A DNA stretch of 64,000 bases, taken from positions 620,001 through 684,000 of the forward strand of contig NW_019028980.1 in the NCBI RefSeq assembly GCF_002105155.1, written 5' to 3'. Shown here piece by piece: positions 24,568 through 37,480 of the stretch. How positions within the stretch are numbered: position 1 is the stretch's first letter; each line of letters opens with the position of its first letter. The stretch is from Lobosporangium transversale (lineage: Eukaryota). The notes under the pieces were generated by a model, which was not told the origin of the DNA, did not search any database, and worked only from the letters and a program-made list of their open reading frames with translations. The position numbers and the translations under genes are program-made.

Positions 24568-24834
24568 ACCCTGGGAACTTAAATATCTCCCTCAATAAGC
24601 TTTCTACCTAATCCAAAATAAGAAAAAAAAAAAAATTTAATGTGCAGGCCATGTGTACGTGAAATGCAGCGCATTCTCAAATAAAGAAATAGAAGTGCTA
24701 GTACAGAATTTTATTAATGGTTTCTTTTTTTCTTTTAATAACGAAGGAAAGCGAACAGATGGAAAGAGCAATGAAGGTAATGTCTAAATGATACATGTAA
24801 GATATGAGCCAAGTGGTAAATGGATTCCGTACGC

Positions 24835-26076
24835 TTATACGTTGAGCCTAGCAGCGAGATCAGCGAGCTCGTCAGAAACCTTCTCGTCTCCCTCCTTTTC
24901 TTTTTCATCTTTTTCATCCTCCTCATCCTCCTCATCCTCCTCATCCTCCTCATCCGAATCTGGCTCCTCCATATCATCCAAGTCTCCGAGCGCATCACCA
25001 TGATCGTGTTTGGCAAGAGCATCACGAATAGCATCAATAGCGGCGCTGTCCTCATCAACTTGGTTTCCATTCAGTTCAAGCTTTGTCAAATTGGAGAGGC
25101 GATTAGAGATCGCGCTGGCCAGTTCCAAAACACCGTCCTCCCTCATCTCAGCGTATGTAAAGTCAAGAGACTCCAACTTGGGATTCTTGCCCTGTGCCAA
25201 AGCATGTGATAGGAGAATAGAACCCTTGTTGGAGAGTAAGCACTCGCCAAAGTTGAGCCTCCTCAATTCCTTCCAGGAAGGCAAAGCAGCAGCAAAGGCG
25301 CGGCATCCACGCTCTGTGAACGTATTATCCTGCAAATCCAAAATCTCTAATCCAGGACACTTGGTCAATCCAGCAGCAAGAGCCTCAATTCCTTCCATAC
25401 GTATTCCATTTTGAGGCATCGCAACATGGGTTAGCGTTCCATGGGCTGCAAATGCCTTGGCGAGATCAGGGGTAGAGCCATTCTCAAGACGATTACGCCC
25501 AGCAATAACCACACGGAGAGATGACTTTTTATTCTCAGCAACATTCCTTTCATGAGCGGTCATCAACGCCTCAGCAAGGACTTTACCTCCAGTCACACCC
25601 AATCCGTTGTTGTTGAGCTTTAAGATCTGCAAATTCCTGTTCGTAGTCAAGAATTCGACAAGAGGGTGGACGCCAGCTGCTCCAAAGGCATTGTCGCTAA
25701 GGTTGAGCTCCACAAGATGCTTCTTGTCTTTTAATGCATCGCCAAAGTAAACCAGACAGTCAGGAATCTCGGAGCGCAGACGTCCTGTAAAAATATCCGA
25801 AAAGTTGGCAACCTAATAACAGATTTGGGGCGTGAAGAGTTAGAAAAATAAAAATATACAGATATATGCATTCTGATTGGTTATTACCTTCAACAGAGGC
25901 TTCTTGGCAAGAGCGGCAGCAAGAGCACGGCAAGCCTCAACACCAAAGGTATTTCCACTCAGAATAACGTTCTCGAGCTCGTCCATGCTCTCAATGGTTT
26001 TAATGAATTCCTTGACATCCTCAGCACTTTCAAGCTTTAGGCCACGGCCCTCAATTGAGAATGTAGTTTTAGACAT
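24835..26076 (-). CDS. RNA1: Ran GTPase-activating protein (LRR repeats + acidic tail), 2 exons
   Basis: LSGNTFGVEAC, DIFTGRLRSEIP, LSDNAFG, GRNRLENG, PQNGIR, LDLQDNTFT, D/E-rich C-terminus. Confidence 0.93.
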
Positions 26077-26654
26077 GCTTGAATCTAAAAATTCAGGATT
26101 TAGGTTTAGTTGCTGTGGTTAGAGGATACAATTTAATTCAAGGCATTTTGTCAATCAAGAAAGATTCTGAGGTTCAATCGGATCGAAATCTTTAGAGATC
26201 GCATGAAGTCGATGCTGTCTAGGGTATTCACTTACATAGTGCGCTGCGAGGATGAGACAGTAAATGGATGTCAAAGAAAGAAAAACAAAAAAAAGAAAAG
26301 TGTTCGCTGGAGAGTTATAGTGGCTGAGCACATACCTCCTTGTAACAGGGCAAGAGTGTGCCAGGGCATCGCATGAGTTGCACAACTAACTTGTCCTTTT
26401 TTAAGATCATTGTCACTCAAAGCATCATTCACAAAGGCATAAAATACAAAAATATAAAGCAATTCATTCACTTCTTACCATTCTGACTTACTCTCTCTCG
26501 CTCTTTCCTCTTTTTTTTGTCAGTTACCTGCCAGCTCGCTGTACCTGCATAATAAACAGAATTATAATTGAAACATTGTCATCAAAGGCTCAATCAACAT
26601 CACATCTCCTCTTAAACACTTACCATATATACCCATACTTAGGTTGTGAGGGAT

Positions 26655-29107
26655 ATGGAGGCTAAAGAGAAGGTATCAACTGCCACACAATAATTTTAAG
26701 AAAAAGCGCGCCAGTTTTTTATCTTAGTAGTGAATCTATAACTTTCTAGACTTCATGTACGTAACTATAGAAACGAGCGCCACCACCAAAACTTCAACCT
26801 GTTAAAGCTGACCAGCTGAGGGATAAAGAAGCTTACCTTGTCGATTACTTTGGCGAAGCCAGTCTACCTTTGGTAGCGACCAGTACAATCGTACGGCCAC
26901 CGAAGCGACCTCTCTACACCAGAGCAAAAAGCAGCAATCAATCCAACAACATATCCAGACCGCCTATTACACTACAGCGCTCTCAAGATGCAGAGAACAC
27001 TATGACTGTGAAAAGTCAAGTACCACTAACATCCTTTGAAGGGATTAGCGTGAATTCCTTCTCACAGGCAGAGGTACCACCGATACAAAAGCCTCATCCT
27101 GGTTCAAAAACTGAAGAGCAAGGATCGCTTCAGAAAAAGCGAACGCCTCTGGCAGATACCCTAAAACTGGGTTCCGAAGGATCTGCAGAAGCACTACTAG
27201 GGCCGAAGGTGTGCGTCGTTTACATGTCTTATTGATATTGGCACGGGGTTCAATATATCTTTTGCTCAGAGGCTAGTTATTAGATTCTAAACGTTGACAT
27301 TTAATTTAGGCTAACTTTACTCCTCCTCAGCACAAGGTCTTCAGGAAAGCAACGGGGAAGGAAAACATTCCTCCTCAGACACCCCTTAGCTCACGCTCTA
27401 AAACTCTCAAACCAATTACTAAAACTGGGCTACGAAAGTCCTTCAATTGGGGTAAGTGTAATGTAACAAACAGTCAGTACAGCGTGCATAACTTTATCTT
27501 TTTCAAAAGCCCAGTTTTTAATCATATACCGCTAAATTAGGTCGTCCATACAGAGGTGATGTTGCAGATCTAGAGAATCAAGAAGAATCGAGAGCGGGAA
27601 ATGGTAGTCGTTGACATAACTAGAGTCTGCTTTTCAATTATCTTTGAAATATTCACTAACAGTATTTGCTCCTATTTACGTACAGATAACAGCAATTCAA
27701 CAGGAGACCTACAGGCAGAGCAAGAGAAGAAAGAATCACCCGTGGAGGTAACAGCATCAACATCATGTGAGTTACCAATACAAACCTTACAAGAAGAAGA
27801 CGTCGCCATTGTGGACCAGGCTCGGGTACGGCAAGGTAGTCATCGCGACGTAGATATACCAGGCTCTGTTCACAAGAGAATGAAACATAGCATGGATGAC
27901 TTTCCAGAGTCTCACGAGGGCCCTTCAAAGGTAATGTTGCGTAATGCAACCCGATGTCCCTTTAGCATATAATATCTCAAACACCCATCTTACACATAAC
28001 CTACGCAATATTAATATATCTTTCAGCCCGCAGCACAATACTTGGATGTTACGGCAACGAACAAAGCTACAGTACAAGCCGTGCACACAGCATCGGCATC
28101 AGTACCAGCGCTAGTATCAACGTCACCATCAGCTCTCTCGACCTCTGTTACCCCTACTTATTCCTCTGAACAACCAAAAGAGTCAACAGGAACAAAAGCG
28201 GAATCGAGGGTTCAGGACCAGCCATCAGTCAATTTAGTCCCTAAGGCCATGCCTGGAGAAGCCCCTAGCACATCCAATTCATCTCAATTATCAAAGACTC
28301 CAAAGCCTGCTTCAACACTACCTCAAACCAACAACCATCAGAAACAGCAGTCGCATGGGTTACGTTCAGAAGGGATTGCCTCTATTGCAATGCATTTGGC
28401 GATAGGAGCAGCTCAGGCTCCACCATTACCGCGTCCCCAGCAGCGAATCGGAGGATCCATGGTAGCTCAAAGACCTCTCAATGATACATCAGACCCCCCT
28501 GTATCTACACCGCCTTCTTTAGTGGCAGTGACATCAACACAGGGCCGAGGAGAGCTCGGTGCGCGACTAGTCACAATGGTCAACAATCGGCCTTATACTC
28601 GGTTGACTCAAGTCGGCAAAGGAGGCAGTTCTAGAGTATACAAAGTGCTTGCCTCAAACTCGAGGATTTTTGCGCTCAAGAAGGTCTCATTTGAGGAGGC
28701 TGATCAGTCTGTTATCAATGGATATATCAACGAGGTGAAATTATTAACAAGGCTGGTCGGTAATTCGAGAATCATTAGGCTGTATGATGCAGAAATCAAC
28801 TATACAAAAGGCTATTTATGCTTGGTAAGTGAAACAGACTAACGTGTTTGTTTTTTCAGGGTGCATCAGCTGGTAATGGCTAACTGAAAACTATTCACCC
28901 TTCGATCAATTAGGTGATGGAGTACGGCGAAATTGATCTTGCACACATGCTGCTCAACCAGCGAGAGCAGCCATTTGATATTCATTTTATTGGGCTTTAC
29001 TGGCGACAAGTAATAAAATTTATTATCGTATATGCAGATTGAGCACTATTATCTGCCCTTTTCCGATTTTACAAAGATCGCCACCTTACTCACGCTTTTT
29101 TTTTATC

Positions 29108-29138
<31 letters not shown>

Positions 29139-29932
29139 GAATGACTTTTTGTCCTGGTGTATAGATGTTAGAAGCTGTACAAGTAATCCACGAAGAGAAG
29201 ATTGTCCATTCGGATCTTAAGCCTGCCAACTTTCTCTTAGTGGAGGGCTCTCTGAAGCTGATTGATTTCGGAATCGCCAATGCCATTGCTAACGACACCA
29301 CCAATATTCATCGGGAGGGCCAGCTTGGTACTGCCAATTACATGTCGCCTGAAGCTGTTGGATCTAATCCTAACGTAGCATGTCGAAAATTGGGGCGGGC
29401 GTCAGATGTTTGGTCACTAGGATGCATTCTATACCAGATGGTGTATGGTAAAACACCATTCTCGGATGTGCTGAATGTCTTTAAAAAGATGAACGTGATT
29501 ACCAATCCGGATCATCGGATAGAGTTTCCAGAGACAGTCTTGTCTCCTCTACAGCCCAAACGAACACAGTTTGCTCAAGTGACTGTAGCGAAACCAACGA
29601 ATGTACTCGATAATAATATTAATAACAATGGTGTGGATGTAATAGTTCCTGCAGCGGGATCAGGGCCAGGCACGTTGGGATTTGGGTCGGGATCAGGATC
29701 GGAATCAGGGTCGGGATCAGAGTCAGGGTTAAGGCCAGATGGTTCTGCAGTTATTAATGGATCACAATCAAAAAGCGGTCTCAATGAATCTTCATCATCT
29801 GCACTGGCGCCGGCAAAGACCATCAAAGTAGATTTACGTTTAATCCAAATCATGAAAAGCTGTTTATCATACCATTCCAAGGACAGGGTGACTATACCAG
29901 AGCTTTTGAATGATCCGTTCTTACACCATTAG
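26655..29932 (+). CDS. MPS1: Mps1/TTK spindle-checkpoint kinase, multi-exon
   Basis: [74 protein letters not shown]; long disordered N-terminus. Confidence 0.92.
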
Positions 29933-31412
29933 AGAAATAAAAGACCGATGGTCTTTGCGTCAACAGCGTTGTGCGTGTAAAATAACATAAATAAATACAT
30001 AAATCGGCATTTGCTATTTTGAGTCTTTTTTTTCGATTTAATAACCACAGCTAATTGACGATAATTATAAGGATAGAAAATGCCACTAAATGCTCGCAAT
30101 AGTAATGAGATTCTACTAGGATTAATGGAAAAGAAAAGAAAAAAGCAATAACAACAGCTCAGGGACTATCATTTGGAAATGGCCTAGCAATTTCGCGCTC
30201 ACTAGATCGCTCAATCCTTGAGAAAGCATGTCTGACACTGCCTGCTTTTTGCTCTAAAAATCAAGTCAATGGAATAGCAAGTTCCTCTTGTCTGATATGA
30301 CCTATGCTTCTCCCAAGGCAATAGAGAGAGGGCGGCGGGGAGATGGAATCAAACTGTTTAATGAAGTTTACAACACACAACCAAAGGTATAATATATATG
30401 TCATCTAGTGGATCGATCTGATGATTTATTACTTAATACTCATTTGGGGCACATGTCTTGACTAAAGCGCTGATGTGTCTACCATTTTGTGTCCGATCAT
30501 TAGGACTGAAGGAAAGAAAAGAAAGGGTATAATGCACTTTTAATGGACAACAGACAACCATTTTATTCTCCCCCAGTCCGGACTTCTTCAGCAAGGAAAA
30601 AGCTGCTTGATGTGTCTGTGGCAATCATATCTGAAACCACAGGCACTCATGCTAACTTTTTGATCTTGGATGTAAGGTGGGGTGAGCCTTCTTTCTAGAG
30701 CTTTAGAATTGTCATCGCGAAATGTATTCATGAGAATGGGAATACTTCAGTGATGTACGCTTCAACTATATGGTTTATTGAAATATTTCAGCTAAGAATC
30801 AGCAACCTCGTTCTAGGAAGATGAGACTATCAGAACAGCAGATATAAGCAACTGCACGGGCCGCCCTACATTTGTAACCGAAGTTGGGATCTGTATAAAA
30901 TGTGGTTTTATAATGCTGTTTCTGTGTATGGGCCTTAACAGAGTGGTTCCTGGATGAGAAAGACACTCAAGGACACAGGAGGGACACAAAAAGATGTACG
31001 AAAAAGTCGACTATTTTATTTCTAAAATTTCTGAAAAAAACAGACATTTAGAAAAAGCCGTTGACCAATATATTTTGAAAACGAGGTGGCTACCATTAGA
31101 GGTGAATGAAGGCGCATGGGATCTCTAGTTGGATATCTCGGAGACCTACAGATGCGCCTATCCATGAATTTAACCATACGGCCATGTGACATGAACCATA
31201 TTTTTAATTTGCCAAAAAGAAAAAAAAGAAAATGTCGCGTCTACGATGTACTTGGAGATTTAAACTGTGAACCTGATCTCTTTGTTTTACTGTCATAATA
31301 TTCCACAGCACACCCTAAATCTCCGATCTCTTGCTTCCATTTCCTTCTGGGCCTTTGCTTTCGTTGCTTTCATTTATTATATCTATATGTTTTTTATATT
31401 GTCATCATCGCT

Positions 31413-32530
31413 ACATGTTGGCGACAGTTTCGAGAACGGGACAACTGTAACTATTGTTAGATGCCCCGACATTAACGTGGGACCAGTAGTTAACGAACCA
31501 TATCGGCTTCTCACTCTCAGTACCTTGGTGCTTACGGTGGAGAACCAACGCCATTTCGAAGATTCCTATCGCTTTCACGTTAAAGAGATACTTCATAGGT
31601 ATGTCAGCCGCTTTAGGGATTGCTCAAACCCTCCCCCAATTTTGAAATCAGATAGCGACTGCCAAAACTGCAACGTACCCTTTACCAGCGACGAAGATTG
31701 ATGAACCTACGATTGAAGGTAACAAATCAATCATTGACACTGTCATGCGCAAGAAACTTTACATACAGGCGGAGTGGTTCCGGGACAATTATCAGATCAT
31801 CATTGCTGGAGATCATCTCACTATATCGATAATTCGATCGCTAAAGAGATACTCTAGGGGTGAAGTTTCGCCATGTTATAGGCGCCGGTGGGCCCTTCCT
31901 ATGACCCAGCTCTTTCATCTTCAGATGACGCTCAGCAGTATGATAGACCGTAATCACTATGGCTCGGTCTCCGCGGCAGGCTCTATTACCTATAATGCAT
32001 CGAAGCTTGGCCGCAAACGCGTCAACTTGAACAAGCAAGGTTTCCATGCGACAGATGAGCTCATACGACACACCTTAGATTCGATTTTTCTGTGAGCTGC
32101 TGAGGCTATAGACGGCTCGAGCATCATGAATCCCGTGGTCCATACTGATGGCGGCCTTAATTCCGAAGCAGTGCTTTCAAGTTTAGCTATGGCATTCTTT
32201 CAAGGTTTCAAACCAACTTTCCTACGTTCGAAAAACGGAGCACTGTGGCAGCGAGGAGCGCGGTATTTATGAGAGATGCCATTTTGTATATAGAACTATC
32301 CGATGCCATCAAGACTGGTGATATCGGGCGCATCGAGGAAGCTATAAAGTGGTTAACCATTGTATTTCAAGCAGGAAGTACAAAGGATTACGCGTATGAG
32401 CTTCTCCGTCTTAGTTGTCATCCCCTCTATTCTTGGACACCAGAAGTAAAGGCTGCCATAATGTCAACATGGCTGATAAACACAAGTGGTAAGGATAGTG
32501 GCTGGATCCCAGCTGACTTATATCAGGAAC
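31413..32530 (+). pseudogene. Decayed DUF6589-like (transposon-associated) coding relic
   Basis: Fragments DSFENGTT, KIDEPTIEGN, AGDHLT, LFHLQM, RDAILYIEL.DAIK.GDIGR, YAYELL, INTSG...IPADLYQE, spread across frameshifts and stops. Confidence 0.65.
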
Positions 32531-33347
32531 CCATTTTGTCTCTGTTCACACCGAGTGATGTTTTCTTTGAAGTTAAGGTATTTGGTAAGAGATATCTTAT
32601 TTTTAAATTCAATCGGGTGGACGAATAATTCCAATCCTTAATCACCTTTTCTTGCCGAGGAATAGCAAAGGTCAAGTTATGTACCAGTCCCTCCAGTAGG
32701 TAGCATCCAAAAATGCAAACATTTTGGTAAAGATGTACTTACGGAGAGAGCTGAGAACGAGCCTAGGTAGACGCCACTAGTTTGTTATATGAAACGGACG
32801 CTCTTTTATTAGAGAAACAAGGCGAATAGGGACAGCCACACGCGCACAGCGTCCTTGGATCTCGTATGATTCTAATATTCTCTATTGATTTGGTGGCTGA
32901 TTTTAATATTTCCCGCGACGAGCTTGTAACAAGGGAAATAATTGGCTCTCAATACATTCAAGGCTATTCAAAAAATATAAGAAACACCGACCAAGTGGGT
33001 TGGACAACACATTAACAGGCTCTGCATTCATAACCTTTAGCTTTGCCTATCATTATCTGAAGTATTCCAGATAGTTATTTTTTTTGGCCTTGGTCATACT
33101 AATTTTTTCTTAACAGGATAAACACCAAGGTATCTCAATGCTAGAATAAGAAAATGTTCTAAAGTTCGTTACCTCTCATTACCTCTAAGGATTAAAATTA
33201 GTACCACTGACTATGCGTACTGTTGATTATGCAACAGGAATTAGGGCCCAGAAGAGGCGACTTTATACAGCTCAGCAAGTGTTGCTGCTAAGGACAGGAC
33301 TCCCTGAATGTCAATTTCCCCAGCATCTAACTAGCTTGAGTCGTAGA

Positions 33348-33378
<31 letters not shown>

Positions 33379-33433
33379 CCGCTGTTAACAGATGAACAAA
33401 TGATACTATTTATATTGTCAATGTATTCTTCGT

Positions 33434-34192
33434 TCTACATCGCTTTTGTTTCCATGCGAGGCCTCCTCAAGCTCCAAGGCTTCACAAAGCTGTAGGTCAT
33501 GTTGACATGATCATGCTCCAGTTCATGGACGATAACTTGAAAAATACTCTCTTCTGTTGCCGTTACCTTTTCTTCTCAAGGCTTCGGTTCCCTCTTTCCT
33601 TGGCAGGCTAGCTTGCTCTTCATAGCTGCTTGTGGTGTAGCCTTTCCAACGGTACCGCTAAATCCCATGTTTGGATCGATATATTTCTTAACGGTCTGCT
33701 TGAATACAACCTCCTCGGAAAGCTTTAGCATTTTTCTTGCGTTAACGCTGCAGTCCTCCTCTGCATTGCGGAACACCTATTATATTTATACTGTATTACG
33801 GAGCATGAAAAAGTTTACTAGCTAGGATTTCAAGATTTCAAGTACATCTGTAGTGCAACAATGTCTTTGAGGGACTCTTATTGGCCAAGAGAGATTCAAG
33901 GACACTATTGGCACAAATTTCCACTTTTCTATCGTCTCTTCAGCCGAATGAGACGACTGAGGGCGGTTAGAAGAGTCTGATGCCGCACCAACTACTGTAT
34001 TAGGGAACAGATCCGCTTGTGAGAGGCGTATCCCTCGGTGACATTAAGGACGTCTATAGAACAAGCCTTTTTTTGCCCTCAGATTTTCTCTTTAAAAAAG
34101 GTACCGCTTGCGCCTGCGTTGCTGTCATTCCTGTTATTAGAAGATGAAGAAACGGCAGTGTTTTCGCGTGGCATGCTGATGGAGGATTGCAT
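33434..34192 (-). pseudogene. Possible degenerate gene remnant of unknown family
   Basis: Coding-like minus-strand frames interrupted by stops, with a plausible intron near 33777-33845; no recognisable domain. Confidence 0.25.
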
Positions 34193-34540
34193 AGGTACTC
34201 ATGAGTACGTGAGGACAAGCAAGTAGTGGTTATTGTTAGAAAATAATAACTAGAGAAAGAAGATAAGCGAAAATCGAGTGTGGATCGCAGTATCACATTG
34301 TCCGGTATTTATTAATTTATTTTCCATCTGTTATTGAGATCTCCTATTAATATGATACTCTTTTGTACGTGCATATGATTAAATATGCAACAATCGTAAT
34401 AAATAGCAGTGATTGATCTATAGAAAAAAAATAAAAGCGAGAAATAGAAGTGAGCATGGTTTTATACTTTTAATGGACACTATCAATTCGAAGATCAAGA
34501 GGACTTGATCACTTGTCATTTGTTGGCTTTCCTCAAGCGC

Positions 34541-34573
<33 letters not shown>

Positions 34574-34947
34574 CTATAATATTCCTTTGAGTAAGGAATG
34601 AGGGAATGAGAAATGAGGGAATGAAGAATTGAGCATGAAGCAAGGTATTGATCTGATCAGATCACTTTGTGAGTCCGCTACGCGCGTGTACTTAGGATAC
34701 TTTTTTTGTTTCTACTTTGCAGTAAGTTGTGGTGAAAAGACATGTGCCTGAATTCAGTCTGTGCCAGCCTCTGTGTCTCTGTTTCTGAACGTGAAATCTA
34801 TGAAACATTTTGGTAATTAAGTGGAATTTGGCTAATTAAACTCTTACAGCCTTAACAGTTGGGCGCCAGGGGCAGGTTGGGAGGTAGGGTTCTACCTTAT
34901 TTTTCTCTCGTTGAATAATATCATTGCTTTAATAAAATAAAAAAAAG

Positions 34948-35676
34948 AATTAATCTATTTGACAACCCCCCTAATTTAGCAGTCACACCGACTTATTTGG
35001 CAACCCAGGTCTTCAATTTTCACTTTTTTGTTATTTGACAACCCGGGTTGTCAAAAAAAGAAGAAAAATTGTCTTTTTCAACCTGTCACATGACAAGTCT
35101 TCACCCTCTTGTACTTATGGAGGGCCTTTCTCAGCTGGATTTCTAAAATGGTGGCAACACTCCATTATCATGACTGTGGTTATAGCTTCTTCTGTCTCTC
35201 TTTTTTTTCCTTTCCGCGTCTTACGCATGCGCCATCAAGCGTCGCATAACCACTCCGAATTTATGCATGCTTATATATCCAAAAAACCCCTTAGTGCATG
35301 TTACTCGTATAGGCACATTTTCTATAAAAGCAAACCCTTGTTTTAGAAATCAGTTGTAATAAAAAAACAACACCTCGTAACCAAAAAAAAAAGTTTGTTA
35401 TTTGATGGAAGCTTTTAGATTGCTGGAGGGATTTCGTGTTGCTGAGGGATAGCAATAGAAACGATTTTCACATAATAATCTTGCCAATAAAAAAAGGGTT
35501 GTCAAATAATAATGAGCTTGGGGTTGTCAAATTAGATATTTTACTATTTGGCAACCCGGGTTGTCACGCAAAGAAAAAAAATTGAGTAAAATAATTAAGG
35601 GGGGGGTTGTCAAATAAGAGTGACAACCCGGGTTGTCAAATAAGAGTGACAACCCGGGTTGTCAAATAGATTCATT
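34948..35676. mobile_element. Non-autonomous TIR (MITE/foldback-like) element with reiterated palindromic motif
   Basis: Left end AATTAATCTATTTGACAACCC matches the reverse complement of the right end, AATGAATCTATTTGACAACCC. The palindrome TGACAACCCGGGTTGTCA recurs internally; no ORF. Confidence 0.75.
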
Positions 35677-37480
35677 ATAAAAAAAATAAAAAAAAATAGT
35701 CACGTGCATCGACCCGCACAAATATAAATATGCCACACAAATGTCGTTCATCTCTACGACCTTGAAAACGAGCTGTGCGTGTGCTCTGAGTGTCGGAGTA
35801 AACCCCGCATTTGTGGGATAAGGACTACTTTTTTGTTATCGAATCTAAGATGGATCTAAGAATGAGATTCTCCAGTCAGCGGAGTAAAATTCAAGACTTA
35901 GAGCTCAACGTTTGAACTTTGAAGAATAGGGTCTGTTCACTGCACATGTTTTCAGACTCAGCAAAACGAGTAAGAATGCATGCGCAAAAGACCTCATTTG
36001 TCTCTTTGTTCTAAAAAGAAAAATGAAAAATAATCTTGACCAGTTATATATCTGTGCTTGGATTAGACGTAACAGAGACACAGAGAGAGAAGAGAGACAA
36101 GAGGGAGAAAGGGAGAAAGAGAAGGGAGAAAGGGAGAAAGAGAAAAAGACAAAGACAAAGACGTGCTTGAGAGCCAGAGAGAGTCAGGTATTCCGTTGAT
36201 AATGGGTATATATATAGGGGTATTATAAATCATGCTTCTACTCCACCTACCAGTGCAAGAGTGAAAGCCTGTAGTACAAGTAACTATTTGTTGGTGTGCG
36301 CCTGTAGCCCTAACCAGTAAGGCATGTCTGCATTATTTTTCTCACGCACCCAAAAAGAAATATTGACATTAGTTTACGCTAATTCATAACCGTGTGAGTA
36401 ATAAAGCATTCATGTTTCGCTCTAGACTTCCGGTCCATTCCACCATTCCACATTAATGTATTTACAAAATAAAGTATATGGGCATTTCATGACCCTTCTA
36501 GTCATGCTTCTCATGCTCATCATACATTAATACATACACATGCATAAGTATATAATACATCTTTATTGCATCGAACGCTTGAAGTCAAAAAAAAAACCCG
36601 AAATTCAGTTTGTTCATCTTATTTGTGTTTGTATTTGTCTTTGTGTTCAAATGGTTCAAATGTAAACGACCACGAGAAACCTCAGCCAGACTACTCACAA
36701 AGATGGCTTACCGGGCTACAAAATGATAGAATAAAGAATAAAAAAAAACTGACTGAATTGATTTTCCTCGTCTTCCGAAATTCATAAAATAAACTTTTTC
36801 GTTTAGTTCAAGCTATGACAACACAAAGCATGTGTGCTCATTTCTCCAGAAAGCTTTGTAAGGAATAATCTTCCCCGTCTATTTATCTATTTATTTGCTT
36901 TGGTCTGGTTTGCTCTCTGTCTGTCGATTGGGCTGTCTCGGCGATGTGAACTTACTTTGAATCGACACTGAAAGTTCGTATTATCTCTTTGTATGCACCT
37001 GATAGGCGGGCGTAAAATGTAATTCAACCCACTTGAGCTCGAGTAAAAAAACAGAGCGGATCTGTTCCGCACTAGACGAACCAAAAGAGCCTCATTACAT
37101 CCATACACCTTCCAAGCCCAATCTATTCCACAAACCATTGATTATAGATAATTCTTTCAAAATATGCCGTTCTTCCGCTTTTTGCTTACAGGTGCAGTAA
37201 ATCCTTTCTGCTGCAGAGTACAAATACACCCCTCATTGAACGCCTGTTTTTTTTCTTCTTCTTTTTAGTGATCCATCCTTCGATCAGGTTCATCTCGCCC
37301 TCTTTTCTCTTTCCCCCTCCACGGCGGCCAAAACATCTGTCGCCAACCTCTTCCTTTTTTATACCCAGGCCTTTTTTTTTTCTTTCTTTTCACCTTCTGG
37401 TCAATTTTCTCCTTCATTTTACATTTCTCTATTTTCCACTTTTCCTGAAAACATCTTCACACCGACCTTCTTTTTTAAGA

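Noticed and set aside
35600..35670. Palindromic repeats as a CRISPR-like array
   Set aside because: Spacers are identical and only 8 bp, there are no cas genes, and the context is eukaryotic; better explained as TIR subrepeats.
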